Shown: one piece after another, positions 50,209 through 63,812 of the stretch
Position numbering within the stretch: the stretch's first letter is position 1
How the letters are laid out: the number at the start of each line of letters is the position of its first letter
Assembly (NCBI GenBank): GCA_951406725.2
Contig: OX597816.1
Location: 127,348,001 to 127,412,000, forward strand
Length of the DNA: 64,000 bases
Source of the DNA: Octopus vulgaris
Taxonomy: Eukaryota
Direction of reading: 5' to 3'
Notes under the pieces: generated by a model
Database searches by the model: none
Told to the model about the DNA's origin: nothing
The model's input: only the letters and a program-made list of their open reading frames with translations
Position numbers and translations under genes: made by a program

Positions 50209-51408
50209 TATATATATGTATGTATATGTGTGTGTGTGTATATATATATATATGTTTGTATACATACATGTACATATGCACTGTACATAATGACTCACTT
50301 TAAAAGCCTGTAATTTCGATTTACCTGATATATAACCTTATTAATTATATAGTATGTCCCAACTCTTAGGAATATGAGATAGCTTGACAGAGTATGTATC
50401 ATTGTATGTATATGTCTGAATATCATCTGCATATGTATGTGTATGAATATGGATGTGTTTATATATATATATATATGCAAATAATGATATAGATTGAATC
50501 AAAATTATGAACTTCTACTATTTATGAAATTACTATTTTGTGCGTAAGCATGTGTATGTGAAGATATGTGTATAACTGTATGCATGTGTCTAAGAATATT
50601 TATTTGAGGTGTATGTATGTATATGTTGTGCCATTATCAGTCTTCTAGGAACGGCAATGTCTTTCTGAATGTGCTGTGCATGAAGTTTCAAAAGATTAGG
50701 CCTTTTTGCTATGTACCTAAATACTTCTAGCTTTGCTATGCACCTAGATACCTTTCCAACAAATCTGGCTTCCTATCTTGATATTGAAGCCCCTGTTTAT
50801 TTTTCTTTACTTTTGCTCATTTTCTTCTTACTTTTCATTCTATTTATATGTTTGTATATTTGTTCATTTATTTATCTTATTCTCTAATGTTTATCATATG
50901 GTTTATTCATTTAAGTACAACAGGGTGGTTAACCAAATCTTTGGAAAGCAAATCTTTGATAAACTTGTTCTTTTTCACTTTATATATCATTTTTTAAAAA
51001 ATTTATTACATTGTATTTATTTAATATATTTTATTGTATTTTTTTTACTGAATTCATATTGTTATCACTTCATTAATGCACTCCATATATGGTAACTCTA
51101 GTATTTGTAAAGAGTGAAATCTGCCAAATACATTTATTGTCTGTAACTATTATGATGCAACTCTTCGCAATTTATAGCAGAGTCTGGTGTTTCAACAGCT
51201 GAAATACAAACGGTGACATAACTATTTGTAGCTGGGCTGCAATCAGTGATGTTTATCGACATTTCCTGTCAACATATGTGGGTTCCTGTCAACAGAGCAG
51301 GTGTGGGTTGACGACAAGAAGACCATCCAGCCATAAAGTTCATACTTCACATTCCTCCTTATCTAACTATTGCTAGCATAGAGAAATATATTAGACAAAC
51401 CAACAAAT

Positions 51409-51453
<45 letters not shown>

Positions 51454-51527
51454 AATATGTATATACATACACACAATATCTATATTATATGTAATTATAT
51501 ATGCTATCTATTTATCTATCTATCTAC

Positions 51528-51584
<57 letters not shown>

Positions 51585-52546
51585 CATTTATCTATCTACC
51601 TGCAGCCAACAACTGGTGAAGAGTTGTTCTTATGTTGTTTGTTTTGTTTTCCTTTTCTGTCTTTCGTTGTTCAAAAGAACAGTTCATGTTCCATGTCCTC
51701 ATGCTTTGTACGTTTTAGTTGTACACATTTCGTGACGTCTTGTACCCACATATTCATATATATATTTATACATATAGATGTAAGTATGTACATATATGTA
51801 TATATATATATTATTTATATCATTGTATGGTAGAATGCCATGCATCCTCTTCTAAGTAACTTTTATCTTAATATTTCTGATGCGCACTCTATATGAACTA
51901 TTTACTCTTTCCTTTTTCTCTCTTTTTCTCTCTCTTATTCTTTTACCTCCTTTTCTACCACTATTCTATCCTATTACTTTGTCAATCTCTCTCCCTTGCT
52001 CATGTGGCTCCCACGTGACCATCAACCATCTTTCTCTCACTTGTAACCGGAACAAAGAAGATGCGTTCTTGTTTGTCTCCTGTCCAAGCTTGATTTACGC
52101 ATTTGCCACTACAACCTCATTTAGGCTTAGCAGCCCTTCCTGTTTGTTTTCACTGTTCTGTTTGTGTTACCAATTTTGACACTCCACAAAATCCCAAATT
52201 TTATTTAATTTGCTTTGCGGGAGCAACTGTTTTATCGAAAGCATATATATTGTTGTTAACTGCTCGAAATATTTGCCAAGCATGAACAAAAGCGGATGAA
52301 AAATATTGATTTTACATGAGATCAAGCTGATAGTCAGTCACATAAATATATACATGTACAAACACACACACCTCATCTAATATACTGCAAGTGATATTTT
52401 CCACGGAAATCGGAGAGGGGTGGGGTAGGGTGGTCCCGCAGAAATCCCCCCTCACCTTACCCATTTGGGCCCCACACCGCCTAAGACTGGGACTGGCCCT
52501 GTGTATATATATATATATGTGTGTGTATGTATATATATATATATAT

Positions 52547-52872
<326 letters not shown>

Positions 52873-52908
52873 TAGACACATATATATATACATCTGGATA
52901 TGTATATA

Positions 52909-52953
<45 letters not shown>

Positions 52954-53412
52954 TTACATATACATCTGTGTGTGTGAGAGAGGCAACATCGAATGGGGTA
53001 GATGGTAGGACATGATCCACTCCTTGAAATGAATAGATCCTGTCAAATTGTGTGGATATTTACAGCCTATGGTAACCACTGTTACAATTAGTGACATAAC
53101 CATTTGTGAATTGGCTGCAATCAGTGACATTTATTGACATTTCCTGAGTTTTCAATTTCCTGTGGAATTAAACTACCCTTCCTGAAAAGCATGCTAGTAC
53201 TTAAGGTAGTATATATGCATGTATGTATGTATGTATGTATGGATGGATGGATGTAAGGGTGTGTGTGTGTGTGCGCATGAGTGCAGGTATTCGTGTGTGT
53301 ATGTATGCATGCATGTATGTATGTATGACTGTGTTCATATGTACATGCAAAAATGTATGTATTTATATCTAACTATATATATGTATATATATACACACAC
53401 ATACAGGTGTGA

Positions 53413-53449
<37 letters not shown>

Positions 53450-53524
53450 GATCTATCTATATATCTAACAATCTACCTATCTATTCAATCTATCTATCTC
53501 TCTATATGAAAGGAATATATAGAC

Positions 53525-53557
<33 letters not shown>

Positions 53558-54532
53558 TGTATGTGTGTCCATGTACTAGCAGATAATAGTTTTTTTTATT
53601 TGTGTGTGTGCACATGTGTATGCATGTTCTTCCATTGAATATTATTTGTTATTTATTAATTTCATTTTCCTAGCAACTAATCCATAGTATTGAATCAGCA
53701 CAATCAAAACCAAGACATTGCTTTTCTTTTTCCTTTTTCTATTCTTTTTTTTTTCTGAATAAGTTTGCATATAACTTACTTTATTTCATTTTATCTTATC
53801 CTACGTCTGTGAACTTCCTGCAGATGGTTTTTTCTTACCCTCATCCTTTCTAGTTGAGTGGCTATCATATTCCATGATAAGCCCTTTGCATTATTTTTTT
53901 ACTTTTTATATTCATATTGTTCATACATTAGTTGTACATATATACGTACTCATTTCTCCTCATTAATTCTATATGTGGAATTTTGTAAAATTTGCGGGGT
54001 TTTTTTTTCATATTATTTTACATATTTATCTGCTAATCAAACTATGCAAATATTGTCTATATTTCTTATATCAACTCCTAGTTTTTGTGTACATATTTAA
54101 CCTATATACATAAATTACAATACGATATATGATTATAACCATTAACTTAACTTAGTCACATAATGCTAAATTCTGTTTACAAATGCACAGTTCACTACAT
54201 GATATTTACAGTTTTCTCCTCTGCATTTACAAACCTAAAATTTAAATGTCTAAATACATAAGAATGTCATCTTTCCCCTTTCCCTCATCCTATCTTTTAG
54301 CCTTAACTATTCTCCTGGACTCTAAATTTTCAAACCCTGCTTTATTTAGACTGTCCATGGATTTATCTTCTAGCAATATCTTACCTATAATTGAATTTGA
54401 TTCACAATATTGATGCTCTCCAGTCTTCTCTTTGACATAATATAGCTCTTTTTCCCTAATAATTTCCTGCCATCAGGTTCACATTGATCTTGTCCCTTAC
54501 TTAATAGCTTATATACATACTTGCATACATAC

Positions 54533-54568
<36 letters not shown>

Positions 54569-54623
54569 ATAAAAATGGTAAGACAAAAAAAGAAAGAAAG
54601 AGACCTCGAAAAGTAGAGGAATT

Positions 54624-54864
54624 TATCTGTAAATGTAATATGTGACAATTATTCGGTAGTCATGATAAAACTCCGAGTTTTGGATGCCGAGATGGAAATC
54701 CACGCTGCCATCTCTTCGGTTATCCGGCCATCAGATTTTTTCATAGCATTTTTCTGATGGCTGGATAACTGAAAAGTTGGTGGCATGGATTTCCACCTTG
54801 ACATCCGAAACTCAGAGTTTTATCATGGCTACCAAATAATTGTCACATATTACATTTACAGATA
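54624..54864. repeat. Foldback inverted repeat (~110-bp arms, ~19-nt loop)
   Basis: TATCTGTAAATGTAATATGTGACAATTATT...CCATCAGA is mirrored at 54754-54864. Confidence 0.92.
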
Positions 54865-54937
54865 TATATATATATATCGTTTATAGAAAATAATAAATCC
54901 AGAGAAGAAGCACACTCTAAGAAGTAGAGCAGTCTAT

Positions 54938-55172
54938 ATTTTTCCTGGTGAAGGCCAGTTATGAGGTTACTCTGAGTTTCCCATCCATAAAGGGATTAAC
55001 TTCATGATGTCTTGTCAGAGCCCAAGACCTGTTGGCCTATGACCTCTTTAAAATATTTTAAAGAGGTCATAGGCCAACAGGTCTTGAGATCTGATGATAA
55101 GCCATAAAGTTAAACCCTTTATGGACAAGAAACCCAGGGTAATCCCATAAATCAGCTTTTGCCATGAAAAAA
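54938..55172. repeat. Foldback with a perfect 64-bp loopless palindrome at its centre (55023-55086)
   Basis: CAAGACCTGTTGGCCTATGACCTCTTTAAAAT|ATTTTAAAGAGGTCATAGGCCAACAGGTCTTG; outer arms diverged. Confidence 0.92.
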
Positions 55173-55184
55173 AAATATATATAT

Positions 55185-56585
55185 GGTTCAAAATTGTATA
55201 AAAAGCAAAAAGCAGAGACAGGTGAGGTAACTACAAACAAGACGTATTAGCTTCATGCTCAGGCAAAATGCAAGAGTCTTTGATGTTTCAAGCATATGCT
55301 CTTCTACAGAAAGCAATGAGGTGAGAAAAGAGATGGTGAGATGGAGAAATGAATTGGAGAGAGAGAGAAAAAAAACGTCTGGATTAGTGAGTGCACATGT
55401 TGAATTGACTGGAAGGAAATGATTGAAGAGAAGAGTGGTTAGAGAGATAACAGTAGCCTTGCTAAAAATGTGTGTGTGTGTGTATATGTGCTGGAGTGTG
55501 TGAGGCTATCAGATGTGTGTAAAAGGCAGTGGAACATATGTGTGTTTGTACATAAAGTGTGTGTGTGTGTGACACTGTTGTGTGCTTGTTTATTATGTGT
55601 GTTTATGTGTGAATATTGTGTATGAGTGCGTGTATGTATGTGAGAATGCGTATCAGATGGTGTGCTTAAATGGGACTATGGGATAAAGTGTTTATGTATG
55701 GAGTTGATATGTATATGTACATTCTGTGTTTGTGCATGTGTATGTGTAAGAGTGATTGTGTATGTGAGGCTATCTGACATATATGTGTGTTGTAGGGGAA
55801 TCTATGGTAGTCTACTAGGATAGAAGCACGAGGTGAAATAGCAGTGACAGGAGGTAGGAACTGGGAGTGTGGGTATGTGACTATATACATGCTACAATAT
55901 GTGGGAGAGTGCTGATGCTGGTGTGTGTGTATGTGTGTGTGTGTATGTCCATGTGTATAGGTGTATATATATATATGCTGTAGTGGTATGGAGTGAGTAC
56001 TGAGTATAATAGTGTAAAGAATGTGAGAAGTGTAGAGGAAGAGGAGTGGAAGGTGAGGTTTGTGTGGTCTGTGTAAATGCATGTGGAAGCAGGTTTAAAT
56101 GAAGGGGAGCAATGAATTGAGACCATGTGGGATTGAGGAATGCAGAGAGAAAATAAATTCCTGTTCTCAATGGAGGTGGGAGTCTGGGTGACCTCTGTAC
56201 AAGGCCAGTCCAAATGCAAATTAATGTTGTAGCAAATGACTGGAGGATCTGAAGTGACACAAGACTGAGATGTCATTGCCAAGTCTGATGTCTCAGAGAT
56301 GTTCAGCAAACAGATAGCTAATTGCCAGCCAGTTTGACCAATGTATAGAATATTACATAGAGAGCAGAGGATACAGTAGATTACACTGCTGGAGATGTAG
56401 GTGTATGAATCAGTGATGTGGAGGGGCAGTGCTAGATTTAAGAGAGGTGGGGTTAAGTGTGGAAGTGCAAGGAAAGGTGCGAGCAAGTAAGGAGCCAGGT
56501 TGGATGCCAGGAATGGGGAAGAAACTTTTGACCAGAAGATTACAAATGTTATGGCCACATTTGAAGGAGGGAACGAGATAGCCTA
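55185..56585 (-). mobile_element. 3' part of a Penelope-like element: GIY-YIG endonuclease remnant, CA/CT-rich 3' region and hammerhead-like terminus
   Basis: SSVIYCILCSLCNILYIGQTG at about 56390-56331; CTTT-CTGTAGA-A-GAGC-ATAT-GCTT-GAAA-CATC-AAAG at 55313-55278; ends at (TA)n. Confidence 0.75.
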
Positions 56586-56970
56586 CTATAAGATAGCAGA
56601 GCTATGATATTATAATGATAAGAAAAATAAAATGGTAAATATAAGGTGAAAAGTTAAAAAGTACTTAAAATTATAAAAAAGAAATTTATCACAATATAAA
56701 AATTTTTTAAATTGAAATTTTAAAGAAATATAAAGTATTTAAAAAAATATTAAGATACATAAAAAATATGAAGATATAGAAAATTTATAAAAGAGATATC
56801 AGTAAGAATAAAAAATAAAAAAGCTTTTAGATCGTATGAAGGTACTACAGGAATATCATTTGGCCAGTACTTCTGTACTAAAGTTGATATTTACATAATT
56901 GTTATGTGTATATATTATTCTGACCTAATGTGGTGCCTCAACTTAAGTACCTATTTCAACTGACTCTTAA

Positions 56971-59196
56971 TCATCATCATCATCATCATCGTTTAACGTC
57001 CGCTTTCCATGCTAGCATGGGTTGGACGGTTCAACTGGGGTCTGGCAAGCCCGAAGGCTGCACCAGGCCAGTCAGATCTGGCAGTGTTTCTACAGCTGGA
57101 TACCCTTCCTAACGCCAACCACTCCGAGAGTGTAGTGGGTGATTTTATGTGCCACCGACACAGGTGCCAGACGAGGCTGGCAGACGATCACGCTCGAATG
57201 GTGTTTTTTATGTGCCACCGACACAGGTGCCAGACGAGGCTGGCGAACGGCTACGATCGGATGGTGTTTGTTACGTGCCCACAGCACGGGGCCAGTCGAT
57301 GCGGTACTGGCTACGGTCCCGTTCGGATGGTTTTCTTATGTGCCACCGGCACTGGTACCACAAGGATACAAATTCCATTGATGTTCATCTATTGATTTGA
57401 TTCGATTTGACTTGACTTTCACTTGCCTCAACAGGTCTTCACAAGTATCACAAGCAGGAAGGTATGCACAGGTGGACTGACTACGTCCCAGGTAGTGGCC
57501 ATGGGTTATGGCTTCACTAGTCTTGCCGGGTCTTCTCTCGCACAACATACTTCCATAGGTCTCGGTCTCTAGTCATTTCCATGGTGAGACCTAACGTTCG
57601 AAGGTCGTGCTTCACCACCTCGTCCCAGGTTTTCCTGGGTCTACCTCTTCCACGGGTTCCCTCAACTGCTAGGGATTGGCACTTTCTCACACACCTATCT
57701 TCATCCATTCTCGCCACATGACCATACCAGCGCAATCGTCTCTCTTGCACACAACAACTGATGCTTCTTAGGTACAACATTTCTCTCAAGGAACTAACGC
57801 TCTGTCGAGTAAGTACACTGACATTACACATCCATCGGAGCATACTGGCTTCATTCCTCATGAGCTTACGCATGTCCTCAGCAGTCACAGCCCATGTTTC
57901 ACTGCCATGTAGCATGGCAGTTCGTACACATGCATCATACAGTCTGCCCTTTACTCTGAGCGAGAGGCCTTTTGTCACCAGCAGAGGTAAGAGATCCCTA
58001 AACTTTGCCCAGGCTATTCTTATTCTAGCAGTTACACTCTCAGCACACCCACCCCCACTACTGACTTGGTCACCTAGATAACGGAAGCTATCAACTACTT
58101 CTAATTTTTCCCCTTGCAAAGTGACGGAAGTTGTTTTCTGCAGATCTTCGGAGGTCAATGCTCCCGAGCATCTGCCACATACAAAAACTATCTTCCCAGT
58201 TAGCCTACCTTTGACGTTGCTGCACCTCTTATGAGTCCATAGCTTACACTGGGTACATCTTATAGAGTTTCTACCAACACCTTTTCTACAGATCGAGCAG
58301 GGCCATCTTCCTGAGGACATTTGTGGATTGTCTACCTTTCTACTTATTAGTACTTTGGTTTTAGCTAGGTTGACTCTAAGGCCCCTCGATTCTAAACCCT
58401 CCTTCCACATCTGGAACTTCTCCTCCAGTTCTGATAGTGACTCAGCAATTAGAGCGAGGTTGTCAGCATAGAGGAGCTCCCAGGGGCAACCTGTCTTGAG
58501 TTCCTCCACAATTGCCTGGAGGACTATGATAAATAGGAGGAGGCTGAGTACTGAACCCTGGTGGACCCCAACCTCTACTTTGAATTTCTCTGTGTACATG
58601 TTGCCAACCCTAACCTTACTTACGGCATCTCTGTACATGGCTTGCACAGCCCTCACCAGCCATTCATCTATTCCTAGTTTCCTCATTGACCACCAGATGA
58701 GGGATCGGGGGACCCTATCAAAGGCTTTCTCCATGTCAACGAAAGCCAGGTACAGGGGCTTATCTTTGGCTAGGTATTTCTCCTGCAGCTGCCTTACCAG
58801 GAATATAGCATCAGTGGTGCTTTTCCCTGGCACGAACCCAAACTGCATCTCATCTAAACTAACTCTCTCTCTAATTAGTTGGGCTATGACCCTCTCCGTA
58901 ACCTTCATTACCTGATCCAACAGCTTGATACCTCTGTAATTATTTGTATCTAGGGCATCACCTTTACCTTTGTAGCAGTTGACTAGTATGCTGCTACACC
59001 AGTCATTGGGTATGACTCCTTCGTGTATCACCTGGTTGACTATACGGGTGACTAGGTTATAGCCGACACTGCCAGATATTTTGAGCATCTCTGCAGTAAT
59101 TCCTGATGGGCCTGGGGCTTTCCCTGTCTTCATGCTTCTAATTGCCTTAGCTACCACGGAACTATCAACTCGGATAGCTGGTCTCTCTGTTGGGTC
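56971..59196 (-). mobile_element. 5'-truncated RTE-clade LINE, copy 2
   Basis: Uninterrupted ORF with KAPGPSGI, NYRGIKL, QFGFVPGKST, FVDMEKAFD, GVHQGSVL, YADN, PHD-like finger, RRLRWYGHV; ~63-bp repeats in the 3' UTR; (GAT)n tail. Confidence 0.96.
57517..59196 (-). pseudogene. RTE reverse transcriptase ORF (no APE domain, catalytic YADD changed to YADN)
   Basis: ORF 57517..59247; the first ~17 codons are flanking AT-rich sequence, not element. Confidence 0.9.
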
Positions 59197-59775
59197 ATAT
59201 ATATATATAATAAAAAAAAACTTTGAGAATGTTGCTGAATAAAACAACCAACTTCATTGTCAGTACATTATAATATATATTAAAAGCCCATGTTAAGTCT
59301 GCATCACCATAGACAGTTGATATTCTTTTAATAATATGCAGGTACCACATGACCAAGAAAAGATATGGATGTGTAAAGCTAATGTAATTTAAAGTGGTGG
59401 AAGAAGAGAAAGAAATATAAACTGACATTTCAGACAATGGTTCTTCATCAAGACTAAAATGAGTCTATAACATCCAGCTCATAAGTTGCTTGTCTGCTAG
59501 CTCTGTTACAATATTTGTTGGCTGGTTCAGACCAGAACCCTAAGTGGTTAGGAACTGGTTAGAAGCAAAGTAGCCAGTTTCACTCAGAAGATGTTATCTC
59601 TAAAAGGTCAGGTACAAGTGTCAGATGCAGATGGCATTTATTATTGTTACTGCCTAACTGTCATGCCATGCCCCAGTCTTCACCTGACTCAAATGGAAAA
59701 TCTGCTCTTTTGCTTCTTACTAAATCACCTTTACACATTCTTGAATTGGTTTTGGGAAGCAGGTGTATGTTGGAT

Positions 59776-60007
59776 AAGGCAGTGAACTGGCAGAGTTGTT
59801 AGCATGCTGGACGAAATGCTTAACGGTATTTTGTCAGCTGTTATGTTCTGAGTTCAAATTCCACCGAGGTCGACTTTGCCTTTCATCCTTTCAGGTTCGA
59901 TTAAATAAGTACCAGTTACGCACTGGGGGCGTTATAATCGACTTAATCCATTTGTCTGTCCTTGTTTGTCCTCTCTGTGTTTAGCCCCTTGTGGGTAGTA
60001 AAGAAAT
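59776..60007 (+). mobile_element. SINE family A, alternative-tail subfamily
   Basis: Exact 15-bp TSD AGGTGTATGTTGGAT at 59761-59775 and 60008-60022. Confidence 0.92.
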
Positions 60008-60029
60008 AGGTGTATGTTGGATGCTAACA

Positions 60030-61260
60030 TTGGCATACTGTACAAGAAAAATTTTGACAGAAGTTATTGTAATAAATATAGAAAAATATTTCTTCTTCAT
60101 ATAGTTAACAATGTCTTTAGATGAACAATCCTGCAAAAGTTTCAGAAACTCATACACCAAGTATATTCAGAATCGCTATGTTGTTCCTGCACCAAGAAAC
60201 CCAGCTTAGACATGGTATATTTTATACTGTGTTAGCTTCAAGAAAAGTGTCAACTTTAACCTTCATTGTCCCAACAAAGCTTTAAACCTCATCAATAGAG
60301 AAGGCATAGTGAAAATGTTACCACTCATTGATCATCTACCAAAGCTGCTAAACTTTATAAGATCTTTTGATGATGCTGTGATGAGTGCTGTAAAAGATTT
60401 ATGTCCAAATAATTTAGAGTGACGAAAGGAAGCAAGTGACCATGTGTTTTTGCATGACATACTTTGTTAGCTTTCACACTGCGCCTGAAACACATATTCA
60501 TGTCCTCAAATGGTAATGCCTACACATAATCACTTAAACTTTGATGCCTGGCTCTTCAGTATTGTTATACAAGAGGTCAAAAATAAGATAAGTAATCATC
60601 AGATGCATCTCACTTCCTAATGATGCAGCTAACACCTTAAACTCTGAAGAATGGTTACAAAACGTATCATACAAACTCTCAGAAGTTTGAGGCCTATTTT
60701 ATCACATAGTCAGTTGCAAAAAGGCCCAAGTCATGAAATAAGACATACCACCACTGCCTTACATTAAGATCAAAGGTAATGAAGTGGATGCCTAAGATGT
60801 AAAACTCAATAAATGTATTGACAAAGCAGCTACTACTCTCTCAAGACTTGCTATGAAAGTATGAGGGAATAAACAGATCAGATTATCTATCAAGGCTCTA
60901 GTGTCTGATGTCTGTGTTCTCTGTCTGCTTCCGTATAGTAGTGAAACATGGACAGTGTACTTTTCATAAGAACACATGCTTCATTTATTTCATTTGATGT
61001 AACTTTACAGAACACTGAGGATCAAAATGGTAGGAGAGGAAATGAAACAGATTTACTTAACAGAGCAGTTTATTTTCCCACACCAATCATAACTTTGATG
61101 GTTCAGGAATGTTTAATGCATATATGGTGGTCATATTCCAAAAGAACTGATATATGGTAGACTGGTACCCGACCCAATACATAACGGTTCCTAACATCTA
61201 AAATACAGAAACATGTGGAAGTATGACGTGAAAGCAACCAATATTAATCATCTGGAAACA
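60030..61260 (+). mobile_element. Old, heavily degraded RTE (BovB-like) RT fragment
   Basis: Fragments ILQKFQKLIHQVYSESLC, KAFNLINREG, PKLLNFIRSF, LNKCIDKAATTLSRL, LLPYSSETWTVY in shifting frames. Confidence 0.7.
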
Positions 61261-63440
61261 GTTACATCCACAACCAAATCTACAGCTGCAGGCCAAGCAT
61301 TGAACTTCAAAAGGTGTACTTAATCTTCTTTCATAGGTGCATTCATTTTCTGTAAGACTTACCAACTATACACACAAACACACATACTCATGCACTCACA
61401 TACATTTGACTTTTAATGGTTATACTATGTTTTTATAATACATATAGTATAATACATATAGTATTTTATGCATTCCCATTTGTAAACTTTGTTTTGTTTT
61501 GTATGGTGTACTTAAGATGAATAAGGACTATTCAAAGAGTTGTTATGAGTAGATGAAAACTATTTGACCAATGGAACCAGATATCATTTTGCCTTTCATC
61601 CTTTCAATGTTGATAGAATAAGTACCAGCCAAGTATCGGGTCAAATAAAGCACATAAACTCTTGTCTAAAAATTTGTAACTTCTTTAACTTCTTGTTCAT
61701 CTTTATTGTGTTCTATATTTAGCCTTAGTATTTTCTCTTGATTATACTTTAATATATTTTTATTGGTACATTTCCCAATGTAATAAATTTTTTCATTGAT
61801 GTACCTGAAGTCTTTTCTTATTTTTCAAATAGGTGATTCTGTTGGAAAAAAAAAGCAAGTTTTTTCAGTAGGTTTTATCAGGCATATGTTCACTAGAATC
61901 ATTTTTTAAAAACTTTTCCTTCATATCCAAGGTACCTTCTTTTTACTCAAAATTATGATTCTTTTTTTTTTTCAGTTTTTACACTTACTATTTTATTATA
62001 TTATCCTCATTCCCACCATTCTAGTTTTCTGAGTAAGGATAGATATGTCGACTCTTTCTTTATATTGCTATTTGTATATTAGTACTTTCTCCTACTATCT
62101 GCTATATTTCAGCAGGGTTAGTTGAGAAGTAATTTTCTCTTTTAGTATTGAATAGAGTTTCCCATGATAGAGCAATGGTTCTGTGTCTATTAGGTTAGTT
62201 AACCCATTGATGTTCAGATTTGTTTCTATGGAAGGGTTTTCTTAGAGATCTGGTTATATTTAGCTATTATTAGCTGGCATTATTTGTTTACTATTAACTT
62301 TGGAAGGTGTTTCCATTGATTTATGAGAACTGCTTTTGTCATGATCAGTTTTTTTTTTTTTTTTTGTTTACTATTTCTGTTAGATGTTCTTCATGGTTGT
62401 CTCTGTTTATTCTATTCTTATAAGTGGGATAATTCTGTTTGTTGCAAAATGTGTGGGTTGTAACTATGTTTCCCTGAGGTTAGGTATTCAAATGGTTGAA
62501 TACACATGTGTTCATGTGTGTTCATTATTTTATTTTTGGTCTTTTATATTTATTTTTGTGTCTGCTTTTGTTTTGCTATGATGGCTTGTTCTTTTGTATG
62601 TTGTCAAATCTGATGTGTTATTTTCACTATGTTGAGAGGAATGATCCATTATATGTATGGTTGATTCTGTTGTCATATTTTCATTGTGATGTTAGGGTCA
62701 TCTGTTCTGTGTATGGTTGGTTCAATGAATGTTTAATTCTGTTATACTTCTTTCATTGGATTATGAGAGCTAGTATTTTTGTGTATGGATGGTCCTTTTG
62801 TTATAATTTTTAATGCATATTCTTTTAGGAGTTTTCTATTTCTATTATATAATAAAGTTGTTTTTATTTGCTAATTTATTTCAGTTAAAATGTAGTCTGA
62901 CATCATTTTTTTTAATTCTCCATATTTCATAAGTTTGTCTTAAGATGATATGTACTGGGAATAATATGGGTAGCATTTGTAAGTGTTATTCTTTGGTCAT
63001 CAATGTTTTCTAAATTTTGTTTTATTTTGATTAACATTACTAGTTAAAAGCAGGTCCTCTTGAAAGGACAATGTAAGAGATATTTATGTGTATATCAAAC
63101 ATGCTATCATGTAGATTTTCTCTAAGAACCTACAACTTAGTGACTCACAGCATTAGTTCCCGACTTCAAAAGTTTGTCTTGCACCCAATTTTTATTCAAT
63201 ATACAAAATAAAATATAAAAAGTGTGCAAGATATTCATATTTTGGTTCTTTAACAGTTCTTCCTGAGAAAGTAAACCTCTTGCAGATTTTGCACCTGAAA
63301 CAGCTTTTTGCCACCTATTTATTTATCATGGCTATACACAAAGTTATAGTTCTGTTCTTCCAAAATGTTTTCTTCGATCAGATTAATTTATTGCTAGTAT
63401 TTTTTCATGCTCTCATGTAAAATAAATTAAAATGTATCTT

Positions 63441-63812
63441 TGGATGTGTGGTAAGAAGCTTGCTTCCCAACCACATGATTCCAGTTTCAGTCTCACTGTG
63501 TGACACCTTGACCAAGTGTCTTCTACTATAGCCTTGGGCTGACCAAAGCCTTGTGAGTGAATTTGGGAGACAGAAACTGAAAGAAACCTCTAGTGTGCAT
63601 GTGTGTGTGTGTTTGTCCCCACCACCATTGCTTGACAATTGATGTTGGTGCGTTTACATCCCCATAACTTAGCAGTTCAGCAAAAGAGTTCAACAGAATA
63701 AGTGCAGGCTTACAGAGAATAAATCCTGGAGTTAATTTCTTCAACTAAAAGGTGATGCTCCAGCATGGATGCAGTCAAAATGACTGAAACAAGTAAAAGA
63801 ATAAAAGAATAT
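63441..63812 (+). mobile_element. SINE family B, full length
   Basis: GTGTGGTAAGAAGCTTGCTTCCCAACCACATG head; GGTGATGCTCCAGCATGG..CAGTCAAAATGACTGAAACAAGTAAAAGAATAAAAGAAT tail. Confidence 0.92.

Noticed and set aside
52412-52501. G-rich stretch (possible G-quadruplex) ending in GGCCCTG
   Set aside because: The fourth G-tract is short; it more likely represents a lone DNA-transposon end with no partner identified.
57143-57360. CRISPR-like array of ~63-bp periodic repeats (also 40950-41300)
   Set aside because: The spacers are homologous to each other, the array is the 3' UTR of an RTE LINE in a eukaryotic context, and there are no cas genes.
57517-59247. Active retrotransposon or domesticated RT gene
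   Set aside because: It is 5'-truncated with no endonuclease, the ORF start lies in flanking DNA, and the catalytic motif reads YADN.
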